Origin: a bacterium
Lineage (GTDB): Bacteria; Krumholzibacteriota; Krumholzibacteriia; LZORAL124-64-63
Length of the DNA stretch: 64,000 nucleotides
Assembly (NCBI GenBank): GCA_031441465.1
Contig: JANOEP010000016.1
Location: 64,001 to 128,000 of the forward strand
Direction of reading: 5' to 3'
In this document: positions 20,062 to 28,389 of the stretch, one piece after another
Layout of the letters: the number at the start of each line of letters is the position of its first letter
Numbering within the stretch: the first letter of the stretch is position 1
The notes under the pieces: generated by a model
Databases searched by the model: none
What the model was told of the DNA's origin: nothing
Seen by the model: only the letters and a program-made list of their open reading frames with translations
Program-made: the position numbers and the translations under genes

Positions 20062-23000
20062 GTGCACTCGAATCCAGCCGGACGCTTCCGCCGCCCTCCC
20101 ACCGCGGTCCTGCTCGCGTGCCTGCCGCTGCTGCTGGCCGCGTCGTCGGGCATCCTCCCGGCCCGGGCCGCGCCGCCGCCGCGCGTCGTGGTGGTGACCG
20201 ACGACAGTGGTTCGCGCCTGCAGGTCGGCGGCCGCGACTTCCCGGTCTTCGGGATGAACTGGGACTACATGCCGATCGGCCACAACTACACCTACAACCT
20301 GTGGGCGCAGCCGGACGAGGTGATCGTCGCGGCGCTGGAAAGGGAGATGTCCCTGCTGCAGAACATGGGCGTCAACGCGATCCGCCAGAGCGTCGGCGTG
20401 CCGCCGCGGTGGGTGGCGTACATCCACGAGAAATACGGCATCTTCACGGTGCTCAACCACGTGGTCGGCCGCTACGGCCTGACCCTGGGCGGCGTGTGGA
20501 CCCCGGCCACCGACTACGGCGATCCGGCGACGCGCGCCCAGTTGCGGGGCGAGGTGTCGGCGATGGTCGAGCAGTACCGCGGCACTCCGGGCGTGCTGAT
20601 GTGGCTGCTGGGCAACGAGAACAACTACGGACTCTCCTGGAAGTCCTTCGAGATCGAGGCGCTGCCCGAGGGCGAGCGCGACGTCGCGCGGGCGCGCCGC
20701 CTGTACTCCCTGTTCGGGGAGATCGTCCGCGACGTCCACCGCCTCGACCCGGACCGCCCTGTCGCGATCGCCAACGGCGACGTGCAGTACATCGACCTGA
20801 TCGCCGAGGAGTGCCCCGACCTGGACGTGTTCGGCACCAACGTGTACCGCGGCGGCTCGGCGCGCGACCTCTTCCAGGTGGTCCGCGACAAGCTGGGGAC
20901 GCCGGTGATGTTCACCGAGTTCGGAGCCGACGCCTTCAACGCGGTCACGATGCGGGAGGACCAAACCATGCAGGCCCGGTACCTGCTGGCCCAGTGGCGC
21001 GAGATCTACGCGCAGGCCGCCGGTCAAGGCCGGGTGGGCAACGCGATCGGCGGCCTGGTCTTCCAGTGGAGCGACGGCTGGTGGAAGTACCTGCAGGACA
21101 GCCGGCTCGACGTCCACGACACGAACGCCTCGTGGCCCAACGGCGGCTACGTCGAGGACTTCCGCGAAGGCGACAACAACATGAACGAGGAGTGGTGGGG
21201 CATCGCCGCCAAGGGTCCGCCCGACGCGCACGGCCTCTACGAGGTCTATCCCCGCGCCGCCTACTACGCGCTGCGCGACGCGTTCAGCCTGGACCCCTAC
21301 GCGCCGGGGACGGATCCCGCCGCCATCGCGGCACACTTCGACCGCATCACCGCGACGGGCGCGGCGCTCGAGGCGCGCGGCGCCTCCGCCAGCCTGGAGA
21401 CCGACGCGCTGGGCAAGGTTCGCGTGGCGGGCCTGCGTCTGGAGTACGAGACCTACAGCACCGGCGGCGAGAACGTCAGCACGCCGCCGTCGTCGGCGCC
21501 GCAGGAGGCGTTCCCCTCCTACCGCGGCTTCGACAACGGCCAGTCGTTCTACGTCGATCTCGAGGCCAAGCCCAGCGGCGCGGTCACCGGCCGCCTCTCG
21601 CTGAACGTGCTGGGCCACGTGGCCCGCAACCGGATCGACGAGGTGTTCTACGAGAACCGCGGCCGACCCCAGGCGGTGCGCGCCGCCGACGGCGGCGTCC
21701 TGCAGCTCGACGCCAACGAGCGGGTCAAGGTCTACCGGTCGTCGCTGTCGTGGAACGACAAGCGCTTCGACCTCGAGGCGTTCTACCGCACCGGCCATCT
21801 GCACTGGCAGTACGAGGGTGATTTCTTCGGACTGTACCGCGATGCCTATTACGGCGAAAACGTCGACATCTACAACGGCGAGGCGCCGATCGGCTTCGAG
21901 ATCGCGGGCAAACGGGGGCTCGCCGGGCTCAAGGCGGCCTTCGGGCCGCAGCTCTGGTGGGGCGCGAACCCGGCGATGTTCGTCAAGTACCAGCGGCGCG
22001 CGGCGGGTGCGGACTGGACAGCCTTGTTCCAGGACGACTTCACGCAGCAGACGCAGCTGAGCAGCTCGGTCGCGATTCCCGTGCGCAAGACCCGCAAGGC
22101 GTCGCTGCAGCTGAAGGCGCCGGTCGGCCGGTTCTTGTTCGAGGGGGGCGTGCTCTGGTCGGGGCGGCCGCGCGTCGGCGAGACGTTCCAGCTCGTGGAC
22201 GAGGACTTGCTGGCGTCGGGCGCGTCGCTCTCGCCCGCCGACGTCAGGCAGGACGCGATCGTCGACGGCGACACGTTCGGCTGCAAAGGCAAGCTCACCT
22301 GGCAGCGCGGCCGCTGGAACTGGTACGCCCAGGGCGCCTACATGGGCCTGGTCGCCGAGGCCGGCCCCACGGCCATCCCCACCTTCACCGGCTGGGAGCT
22401 GCGGGACAGCGGCTCGGGCAACCAGGTCAACGCGCTGTCCGGCGTCGCGGTGACGCTGGGCGACTGGCAGGTCGGGCCGAACCTGCTGTGGCAGAAGCCC
22501 ATTGTCGGGCCCATGCCGGGCGCGGAGCAGCTCGCCTACACCCAGGGACGCCCGCGCAACATCCTCGACGACCCGTTCGCGGTGCGCGGCAACCGCGAGA
22601 CCAAAGCCGCCGAGCTGATGGTCGTCTACGATCCCACGCCCGCCACCTGGATGTGGACCTGGGACAGCGACGCGCGCGAGGATGCCGACCTGGCCGCCAG
22701 CCTCGGCCTGGTGTTCCGCCGCCACGAGACCACGGCCGACGCGGGCCTGTTCATCTCGGCCGAGAATCTGATCTACCCCTTCCCGGGCGGCACGCCCCCG
22801 CGCGACCTGTGGGAGCTGCACGCCCGCGTCGCCAACCGCGTGGGCGCGGGAGCGCGCATGGTCGGCCACCTGTACTGGGGCACGTCCGAACCGAACGGCG
22901 CCGACCGCCGCCTGATCCACCGCTTCGGCACCGACGCGCGCATCGGCTGGCGGTCGGCGGCGCTGGCGGGCCATCTGAAGCTCAACGACTTCGGCCCCTA

Positions 23001-23259
23001 CGATTACCAACGCGACTTCAACCTGACCTACCCGCTGCAGGCGATGGCGGACGCGTCGTTCACGCTCGGCTCGCCGGTCTGGTTCAGCCTGCCCCAGACG
23101 AAGCTCGGCGTGCGTCTGACCTACCGCACGCTCGACCGCCACTCGAACCGGTATGCGCCTGAGGGGTACGCAGCGCCGGTTGTGGGGGAGCTGTATCCTG
23201 AGGGTCTGCCGGGCGGACGGGAGTGGGAGATCCGTACCTACCTGCACCTGAGTCTCTAA
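20062..23259 (+). CDS. Secreted GH-A clan (GH2-like) TIM-barrel glycosidase fused to a probable outer-membrane beta-barrel
   Basis: GTG after AAGGAG; signal peptide; MGVNAIR, LLGNEN, FTEFG, FQWSDGWWK; C-terminal ~620 aa of amphipathic beta-strands ending EWEIRTYLHLSL. Confidence 0.75.
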   Translation: MHSNPAGRFRRPPTAVLLACLPLLLAASSGILPARAAPPPRVVVVTDDSGSRLQVGGRDFPVFGMNWDYMPIGHNYTYNLWAQPDEVIVAALEREMSLLQNMGVNAIRQSVGVPPRWVAYIHEKYGIFTVLNHVVGRYGLTLGGVWTPATDYGDPATRAQLRGEVSAMVEQYRGTPGVLMWLLGNENNYGLSWKSFEIEALPEGERDVARARRLYSLFGEIVRDVHRLDPDRPVAIANGDVQYIDLIAEECPDLDVFGTNVYRGGSARDLFQVVRDKLGTPVMFTEFGADAFNAVTMREDQTMQARYLLAQWREIYAQAAGQGRVGNAIGGLVFQWSDGWWKYLQDSRLDVHDTNASWPNGGYVEDFREGDNNMNEEWWGIAAKGPPDAHGLYEVYPRAAYYALRDAFSLDPYAPGTDPAAIAAHFDRITATGAALEARGASASLETDALGKVRVAGLRLEYETYSTGGENVSTPPSSAPQEAFPSYRGFDNGQSFYVDLEAKPSGAVTGRLSLNVLGHVARNRIDEVFYENRGRPQAVRAADGGVLQLDANERVKVYRSSLSWNDKRFDLEAFYRTGHLHWQYEGDFFGLYRDAYYGENVDIYNGEAPIGFEIAGKRGLAGLKAAFGPQLWWGANPAMFVKYQRRAAGADWTALFQDDFTQQTQLSSSVAIPVRKTRKASLQLKAPVGRFLFEGGVLWSGRPRVGETFQLVDEDLLASGASLSPADVRQDAIVDGDTFGCKGKLTWQRGRWNWYAQGAYMGLVAEAGPTAIPTFTGWELRDSGSGNQVNALSGVAVTLGDWQVGPNLLWQKPIVGPMPGAEQLAYTQGRPRNILDDPFAVRGNRETKAAELMVVYDPTPATWMWTWDSDAREDADLAASLGLVFRRHETTADAGLFISAENLIYPFPGGTPPRDLWELHARVANRVGAGARMVGHLYWGTSEPNGADRRLIHRFGTDARIGWRSAALAGHLKLNDFGPYDYQRDFNLTYPLQAMADASFTLGSPVWFSLPQTKLGVRLTYRTLDRHSNRYAPEGYAAPVVGELYPEGLPGGREWEIRTYLHLSL

Positions 23260-23281
23260 GCGGTCCCGCGCAGGACGACGA

Positions 23282-23309
23282 GGGGCCCGGCCGTTTCGGC
23301 CGGGCCTTT
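23282..23309 (+). terminator. Rho-independent terminator
   Basis: Stem GGCCCGGCCG / CGGCCGGGCC followed by TTT. Confidence 0.7.
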
Positions 23310-23359
23310 CCGTGTCGGCGGCGGGACGGGGAGGCCGTCGTCCCGGGGAGTCGCGGTGC

Positions 23360-24169
23360 CTACCGTAAATCGCCGTAGACGCGGACCCAATCGACGAGCA
23401 TCGCCTGCGGGAAGACGGTCGAATCGTCGGGCGGGCCGACCCAGTTGCCGCCCACCGCGACGTTCAGCAGGATGAAGAAGGGGCGGTCGAAGACCCAGGA
23501 CGCGCCGGCGGGCAGAGCGGAGCGGTCGACCGCCAGGTAGGCGTAGCCGTCGATGAACCAGGTGATCGACCTGTCGTTCCAATCGATCGCGTAGATGTGG
23601 AAACCGAAGTCGTAGCCGCCCTGGGAGATCGAGTGGGCGGCGGTGAGCGCCGCGCCGCCGGCGTAGCCGGGGCCGTGCAGGCTGCCGTGGATCGTGCGCG
23701 GCTCCTGGCCCCGGTACTCCATGACATCGATCTCACCGCACGCCGGCCACCCGACCTCGCGCACGTCGGCGCCGAGCAGCCAGAAGGCGGGCCACAGGCC
23801 GCGGCCGGAGGGCAGCTTGAGGCGCGCCTCGAAGCGGCCGTGCGCCTGCGCGAACAGTCCCTCGGTCTTGAGGCGGGCCGAGGTGTAGGCGCGGTCTTCC
23901 CACTCCTGCGCGCGGGCCGTGATCGCGAGGCGGCCCTCGCCGTCGAGACACGCGTTCTCGGCGCGGTCGGTGTCGTACTCGAGCTGGGCGTTGCCCCAAC
24001 CGGTGCCGATGTCGAAGCACCACTTGGCGGGATCGGGCTGCTGGCCGGCGGGGCCTTCGAAGTCATCCTCGAAGGTCAGGCCGTAGGGCGCCGGCGCCTC
24101 CTCATCGGTGCAGCCGCCGGCAGCGCCGAGGGCGAGCAGCGCCGCGAGCAGCGCCGCGGCGGTCTTCAC
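23360..24169 (-). CDS. GH16 laminarinase-type lipoprotein
   Basis: Lipobox AGGC; GWGNAQLEY, YTSARL, GLWPAFWLLG, WPACGEIDVME, FFILLNVAVGG, VDWVRVY. Confidence 0.9.
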   Translation of the reverse strand: MKTAAALLAALLALGAAGGCTDEEAPAPYGLTFEDDFEGPAGQQPDPAKWCFDIGTGWGNAQLEYDTDRAENACLDGEGRLAITARAQEWEDRAYTSARLKTEGLFAQAHGRFEARLKLPSGRGLWPAFWLLGADVREVGWPACGEIDVMEYRGQEPRTIHGSLHGPGYAGGAALTAAHSISQGGYDFGFHIYAIDWNDRSITWFIDGYAYLAVDRSALPAGASWVFDRPFFILLNVAVGGNWVGPPDDSTVFPQAMLVDWVRVYGDLR

Positions 24170-25431
24170 GCCAGGGCGTCGCCGGCGCGCGCCGGGACAG
24201 CGACCGTTGGGAACAGGTGGGAATCCTCGAGCGCCGTTTTCAGGACCAGCGTCGCCGCCCCGATCGCCACCGACAGCGGACCCAGCTCGCTGGTGCGGAT
24301 CTCAGCCGCGGCCAGCGAGCTGACCAGCGTGCGGTTGCGGATGTGTTCGCGCAGCGGTCCGAGCAGCAGGTCGCCGAGACGGGCGAGGTCGCCGCCGACG
24401 ATCACCAGAGACGGGTTCATCAGGTTCATCATGCCGGCCACGGCGCGGCCGAGATGTTCGGTCGCCTCGGTCGCCACGCGCAGCGCCAGCGGATCGCCGG
24501 CCAAGGCGGCGTTCTCGATGTCGTGGACCGAGATCGCGAGGCCGGTCAGCGAGCTGCCCGGGTAATCGGCGCCCAGTTCCAGCGCGCGTTCGACCAGCGC
24601 CTGGCTGCCTGCCAGGGTGACCAGGCATCCCTGCAGTCCGCAGATGCAGCGCTTGCCCTTGGGGTCGATCGAGATGTGTCCGATCTCGCCCGCGGTGCCG
24701 GTGGCCCCGCGGTAGATCTCGCCGCCGATCACGTGCCCGGAGCCGATGCCGGTGGCGACCTTGATGTAGGCGAGGTCGTCGACGCCGCGGCCCACGCCCC
24801 ACCAGTGCTCGGCCAGGGCGCCCAGGTTGGCGTCGTTGTCGACCATCAGCGGCGCGGCGAGCCGGCGCGACAGGTCCTCCAGCCCGAGACGGCCGCCCCA
24901 GGCGGGAATGACGATCTCGGAGAGGCGGCCGGGGTGAGAGGGGTCGAGCGGGCAGGGCACCGCGACGCCGACGCCCACCAGTGGCCGCTCTGCGGCCGCC
25001 GGCGAGGCGAGGCATTCGTGGCACAGCGTCTCGATCAGCCGGCGCGTGCCGTGCGGATCGTTGCGCACGGGGTGTTCGCGTGCGGCGTGGGCCAGCACGC
25101 GGCCGCGCAGGTCGGTCAGCGCGACGGTGACGTGGGCCGCGCCCATCTCGACGCCCAGGATCGTGCAGGCGTCGTCGCGGAATTCGAGCACGATGGGGCG
25201 GCGGCCGCCCTGCGACGGGCCCTCGCCGCACTCGATGACGATCCCCATGGGCAGGATCTCGTTGACGATCTCAGAGACGGTGGAGCGCGACAGGCCGGCG
25301 AGCCGCGCGATGTCGGCGCGCGAAACGCGGCGGTGCTGCCAGATCAGCCGCAGCACGGCGTCGGCGAGGGGTCGCGGTCGGTCCGGACCCGACCGACGCA
25401 GCCCCTTCCAGTGCAGGTTACCGTTGTTCAT
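24166..25431 (-). CDS. ROK-family transcriptional repressor (XylR/NagC-like)
   Basis: N-terminal HTH SRADIARLAGLSRSTVS, GGRRP linker, DNDANLGALAE, GIGSG, GEIGH, CICGLQGC zinc motif. Confidence 0.9.
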   Translation of the reverse strand: MNNGNLHWKGLRRSGPDRPRPLADAVLRLIWQHRRVSRADIARLAGLSRSTVSEIVNEILPMGIVIECGEGPSQGGRRPIVLEFRDDACTILGVEMGAAHVTVALTDLRGRVLAHAAREHPVRNDPHGTRRLIETLCHECLASPAAAERPLVGVGVAVPCPLDPSHPGRLSEIVIPAWGGRLGLEDLSRRLAAPLMVDNDANLGALAEHWWGVGRGVDDLAYIKVATGIGSGHVIGGEIYRGATGTAGEIGHISIDPKGKRCICGLQGCLVTLAGSQALVERALELGADYPGSSLTGLAISVHDIENAALAGDPLALRVATEATEHLGRAVAGMMNLMNPSLVIVGGDLARLGDLLLGPLREHIRNRTLVSSLAAAEIRTSELGPLSVAIGAATLVLKTALEDSHLFPTVAVPARAGDALA

Positions 25432-25473
25432 GCGGCCGATTCCTCCGGTGCGTCCCGTGGCGATCGAGGCATC

Positions 25474-26856
25474 CTACCTGTGGAAGTAGACGTTGTCCAC
25501 CAGCACGACACTCGCGTCGGGGGTACTCAGCACGATCTGGCCCAGATGGTCCAGCGGCACGGTGAACCCGAAGTCAGCCAGGGGGATCTCCAGCGACGAC
25601 CAGCCGCCGGCGACGAAGGCGGGCGTCGTCGACGCGTCGAAGGCCAGCTCAGAACTGCCGGTGCCCCAGCCGTTGTCGCCGCTGAACGGGACCAACTTCA
25701 CCAGGAAGCGGGTCCCGGCCGGCGCGAACACGTCGAGGTGCAGGTGTGTCATCGCCGTCACGTCGATCGTGTGCAGGTGGAAGTCGAAGCCCACGAAGTT
25801 CAGGAAGGTGTAGAAGCGCGACAAGTCGCCGTCGATCGTGAAGAGACCGTCCTCGGTCGTCGAATACTGCCAGCGGGGGTTCCAGTTGACGACGGTCGCG
25901 TCCGGGTAGACGCCGCTGAACAGCGAGATCACGTCGGCGCCCGGCAGCGTCGGCGGCGTTGCGGGCACCGGCGGCGGCTGGTAGCCGCTGACGGTCACGG
26001 CGCCCTCGACCGGCATCCCGGCGAGGGTGGCCGTGATGACGGCCTCGCCGAGACCGACCATTCGGATCTCGTTGCGGATGACCGTCGCCACCGACGGGTC
26101 CGACGAGCTGAAATCGAAGTAGCCGGGCATGTGGTCGACCCGCACCGGGGCCCCGTCCACGGCGAAGACGGTGTGGACGCTGTCCAGCCTGGCGGTCGTG
26201 CCGATGAAGTACTGCTTGTTCAGGGGCTTCAGGGTGGGCTGGGGGTCGGTGACGTTGTCGAGCCGCGCGAAGCGGATGTCGTCGATCCAGATCCGGTGGC
26301 CCTCGGGATAGCCGACCTCGCGGCCCTCGGCGAAGGTGAACATGCCGCGCTCGGACACCAGCTTCGCGGGCGCGGGGATCGGCACGACCACGAACGACCA
26401 GGCAGTCGTCAGGGGAATGCCCGAGCGGCCGGCGGTCAGGTGCGAGGTGCCGGTGTTGTCGTTGCCGTAGCCGAACACGTCCATCGCACAGGGGATGCTG
26501 GCGCGGGCATAAAAGGTCAGCGCGTTGAAGTCGGCCAGGTCGCGGCCGGCGACGGCGGTCAGCACGCCGCCCGCCCACGCTCCCAGGTTCGAGCCCTCGG
26601 GCGGCACGGTGATCGTCAGCGAGCGGTCGCCGGACTGCACGAACACCGAATCGGCGCCCACCGCGTACGGATCGGTGTCCATGAAGGCCTGGAAGTAGAC
26701 GTCGGGGGCGTAGGCGTCGTCGAAGACCAGGGGGTCGATCGGCGCGCGCGCCTGGTCCAGGTCGGCGGGGTTGCGGTTGCCGCAGCCGGCGCCGGTCAGG
26801 GCCAGGGCGCACAGCAGGGCCAACGCGAGGGACGACGAGGGACGGATCGGCATCAC
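25474..26856 (-). CDS. Lipoprotein with Ig-like domain and putative carbohydrate-binding modules
   Basis: GGAGG RBS, lipobox GAGC; FSSSDPSVATV Ig-like (Big_2) motif; Pro-rich linker then DVISLFS...THLHLDVF module; no catalytic motif. Confidence 0.7.
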   Translation of the reverse strand: MMPIRPSSSLALALLCALALTGAGCGNRNPADLDQARAPIDPLVFDDAYAPDVYFQAFMDTDPYAVGADSVFVQSGDRSLTITVPPEGSNLGAWAGGVLTAVAGRDLADFNALTFYARASIPCAMDVFGYGNDNTGTSHLTAGRSGIPLTTAWSFVVVPIPAPAKLVSERGMFTFAEGREVGYPEGHRIWIDDIRFARLDNVTDPQPTLKPLNKQYFIGTTARLDSVHTVFAVDGAPVRVDHMPGYFDFSSSDPSVATVIRNEIRMVGLGEAVITATLAGMPVEGAVTVSGYQPPPVPATPPTLPGADVISLFSGVYPDATVVNWNPRWQYSTTEDGLFTIDGDLSRFYTFLNFVGFDFHLHTIDVTAMTHLHLDVFAPAGTRFLVKLVPFSGDNGWGTGSSELAFDASTTPAFVAGGWSSLEIPLADFGFTVPLDHLGQIVLSTPDASVVLVDNVYFHR

Positions 26857-26915
26857 GATCGCCTCCGTGGGGATGCGCCGCCGGGTTCGGACCCGGAATC
26901 CGGCTGTCGAGCGGC

Positions 26916-26965
26916 CTTTGTGCGGTTACCGATCAAAGTATGGATGAGGGGATCATCGATGTCAA
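26916..26965 (-). promoter_or_regulatory. Operator copy D plus sigma70 promoter of lipoprotein-ROK-GH16 operon
   Basis: CTTTGTGCGGTTACCGATCAAAG (26916-26938); minus strand TTGACA-17 nt-CATACT abuts the operator. Confidence 0.8.
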
Positions 26966-27021
26966 GCGCGGGGGACGCAAGCAGGCCAACATGCGCCATC
27001 ATCCCCGCCCGCGGTGGCGGA

Positions 27022-27807
27022 TCATCCGTCACGACCGGCGTCGCCCCGTCCCTGCATCTCCCGCAGGAACGCGTACTTCAGGAACGTGTAGACCCCCGCC
27101 ATCACGGCGATGCACAGGCCGCGGAAGCCGTCCAGATAGGCGCGCTGCAGCACCAGCCGACGGAACAGCGCGATCTTGGGGCGCACCAGCAGGTCGGTCC
27201 AGCGGGCGCGGCGGCCGTCTTCGTGCATGGCGGCGGCGGCGGCGCGGGCCGAGGCGACGTTCTTGCGCAGGTGCTCGGCGAGGTCGGCGTAGGTGTAGTG
27301 GAGCAGGTCGCCGTCGAGGCGGGCGCGGACGCGGCCGCGGAACTCCACACCGGGGTGAGGTTCGCGGCCGGACCAGACGGCGCAGCCCTTGCGGTACAGG
27401 AAGGTGCGCCATTCGGGATACCAGCCCGAGTGGTTGATGAGGCGGCCGGCGTAGACGCCGTGGCGGTTCAGCTCAAAGGCGTCGGCGGCAGGGTCGCCGC
27501 CGCGGAAGGCGGCCTCGATCGAGGCGCGCAGAGCGGGGGTGACGACCTCGTCGGCGTCCAGGCAGAGGACCCAGGGTCGGGCGGCCTGCTCGACGCCGAA
27601 GTTCTTCTGGTCGCGGTAACCGGTCCAGGCGCGGTTCAGCACGCGGGCGCCGCGCTCGCGGGCGATCCCGACGGTGCGGTCGGCGGAGCCGGAGTCGACG
27701 ACCAGCAGTTCGTCGCAGAAGTCGGCGGCGTCGAGGCAGCGCCCGAGGTTGCGCTCCTCGTCGCAGGCGACCACGACCAGGGTGATGGGCAGCTTGGGTG
27801 CGGTCAC
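27022..27807 (-). CDS. GT2 glycosyltransferase (WaaE/KdtX-like)
   Basis: DEERNLGRCL, VVDSGSADRT, QKNFG, LDADE, LLHYTY, YLDGFRG, KYA; GTGA overlap with upstream gene. Confidence 0.9.
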   Translation of the reverse strand: MTAPKLPITLVVVACDEERNLGRCLDAADFCDELLVVDSGSADRTVGIARERGARVLNRAWTGYRDQKNFGVEQAARPWVLCLDADEVVTPALRASIEAAFRGGDPAADAFELNRHGVYAGRLINHSGWYPEWRTFLYRKGCAVWSGREPHPGVEFRGRVRARLDGDLLHYTYADLAEHLRKNVASARAAAAAMHEDGRRARWTDLLVRPKIALFRRLVLQRAYLDGFRGLCIAVMAGVYTFLKYAFLREMQGRGDAGRDG

Positions 27808-28106
27808 GACGGGTCTCCCGCGCCGGGTCGGACCCGGACGCCGAACCAGCGGTTCAGGGTGCGCGCGGTGCGCTCCCTGACGCCCGGCGGGAGGCGGCGG
27901 GACACGTAGACGATCGCCGCCGCGACCACGCCGAGGTCGTCCAGGAGGCCGACCAGCGGTGTGGGGTCGGCCACCGCGTCCAGCGGGAACAGCAAATACG
28001 CCAGCGCGCCGAAGATCGCCAGCTTCGCCCAGGCGGGCGTGGCCGGATCGCGGGCGGCATGGTACAGCCACAGCAACCGTTCGACGACGCCGCGGACGGG
28101 TTTCAT
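27804..28106 (-). CDS. YkvA/DUF1232-family membrane protein
   Basis: DPATPAWAK..GALAYLLFPLDAVADPTPLVGLLDD. Confidence 0.85.
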   Translation of the reverse strand: MKPVRGVVERLLWLYHAARDPATPAWAKLAIFGALAYLLFPLDAVADPTPLVGLLDDLGVVAAAIVYVSRRLPPGVRERTARTLNRWFGVRVRPGAGDPS

Positions 28107-28219
28107 TCCGGCTTCTTCGACTGTTTCTCCTTCTTCAGCGCCTTCTTCTCCTTCGCGGTATGCTGCGGCTTCTTGCGGGTCTCGCGGTTGCCCTTGTCCT
28201 TGCTGCCCTTCTCTGCCAT
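28103..28219 (-). CDS. 38-aa Lys-rich small protein
   Basis: GGAGG RBS 7 nt before ATG; MAEKGSKDKGNRETRKKPQHTAKEKKALKKEKQSKKPE; ATGA overlap with the YkvA gene. Confidence 0.65.
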   Translation of the reverse strand: MAEKGSKDKGNRETRKKPQHTAKEKKALKKEKQSKKPE

Positions 28220-28389
28220 GACGTTGCCTCCGTGTGCGTCGGTTCGTCGGCGGACCGCGGGCGGTCCGTTCTCACCCCGACAGAGTAGCAGATCCGGCGG
28301 CGGGCACAAACGTCCGATCCGGGGGCTTTTGGACGTGATAAGATCGGCGCGGGTCCGGCCCGGGGGGGTGCTTCCAGGAGGTGGGGTCG

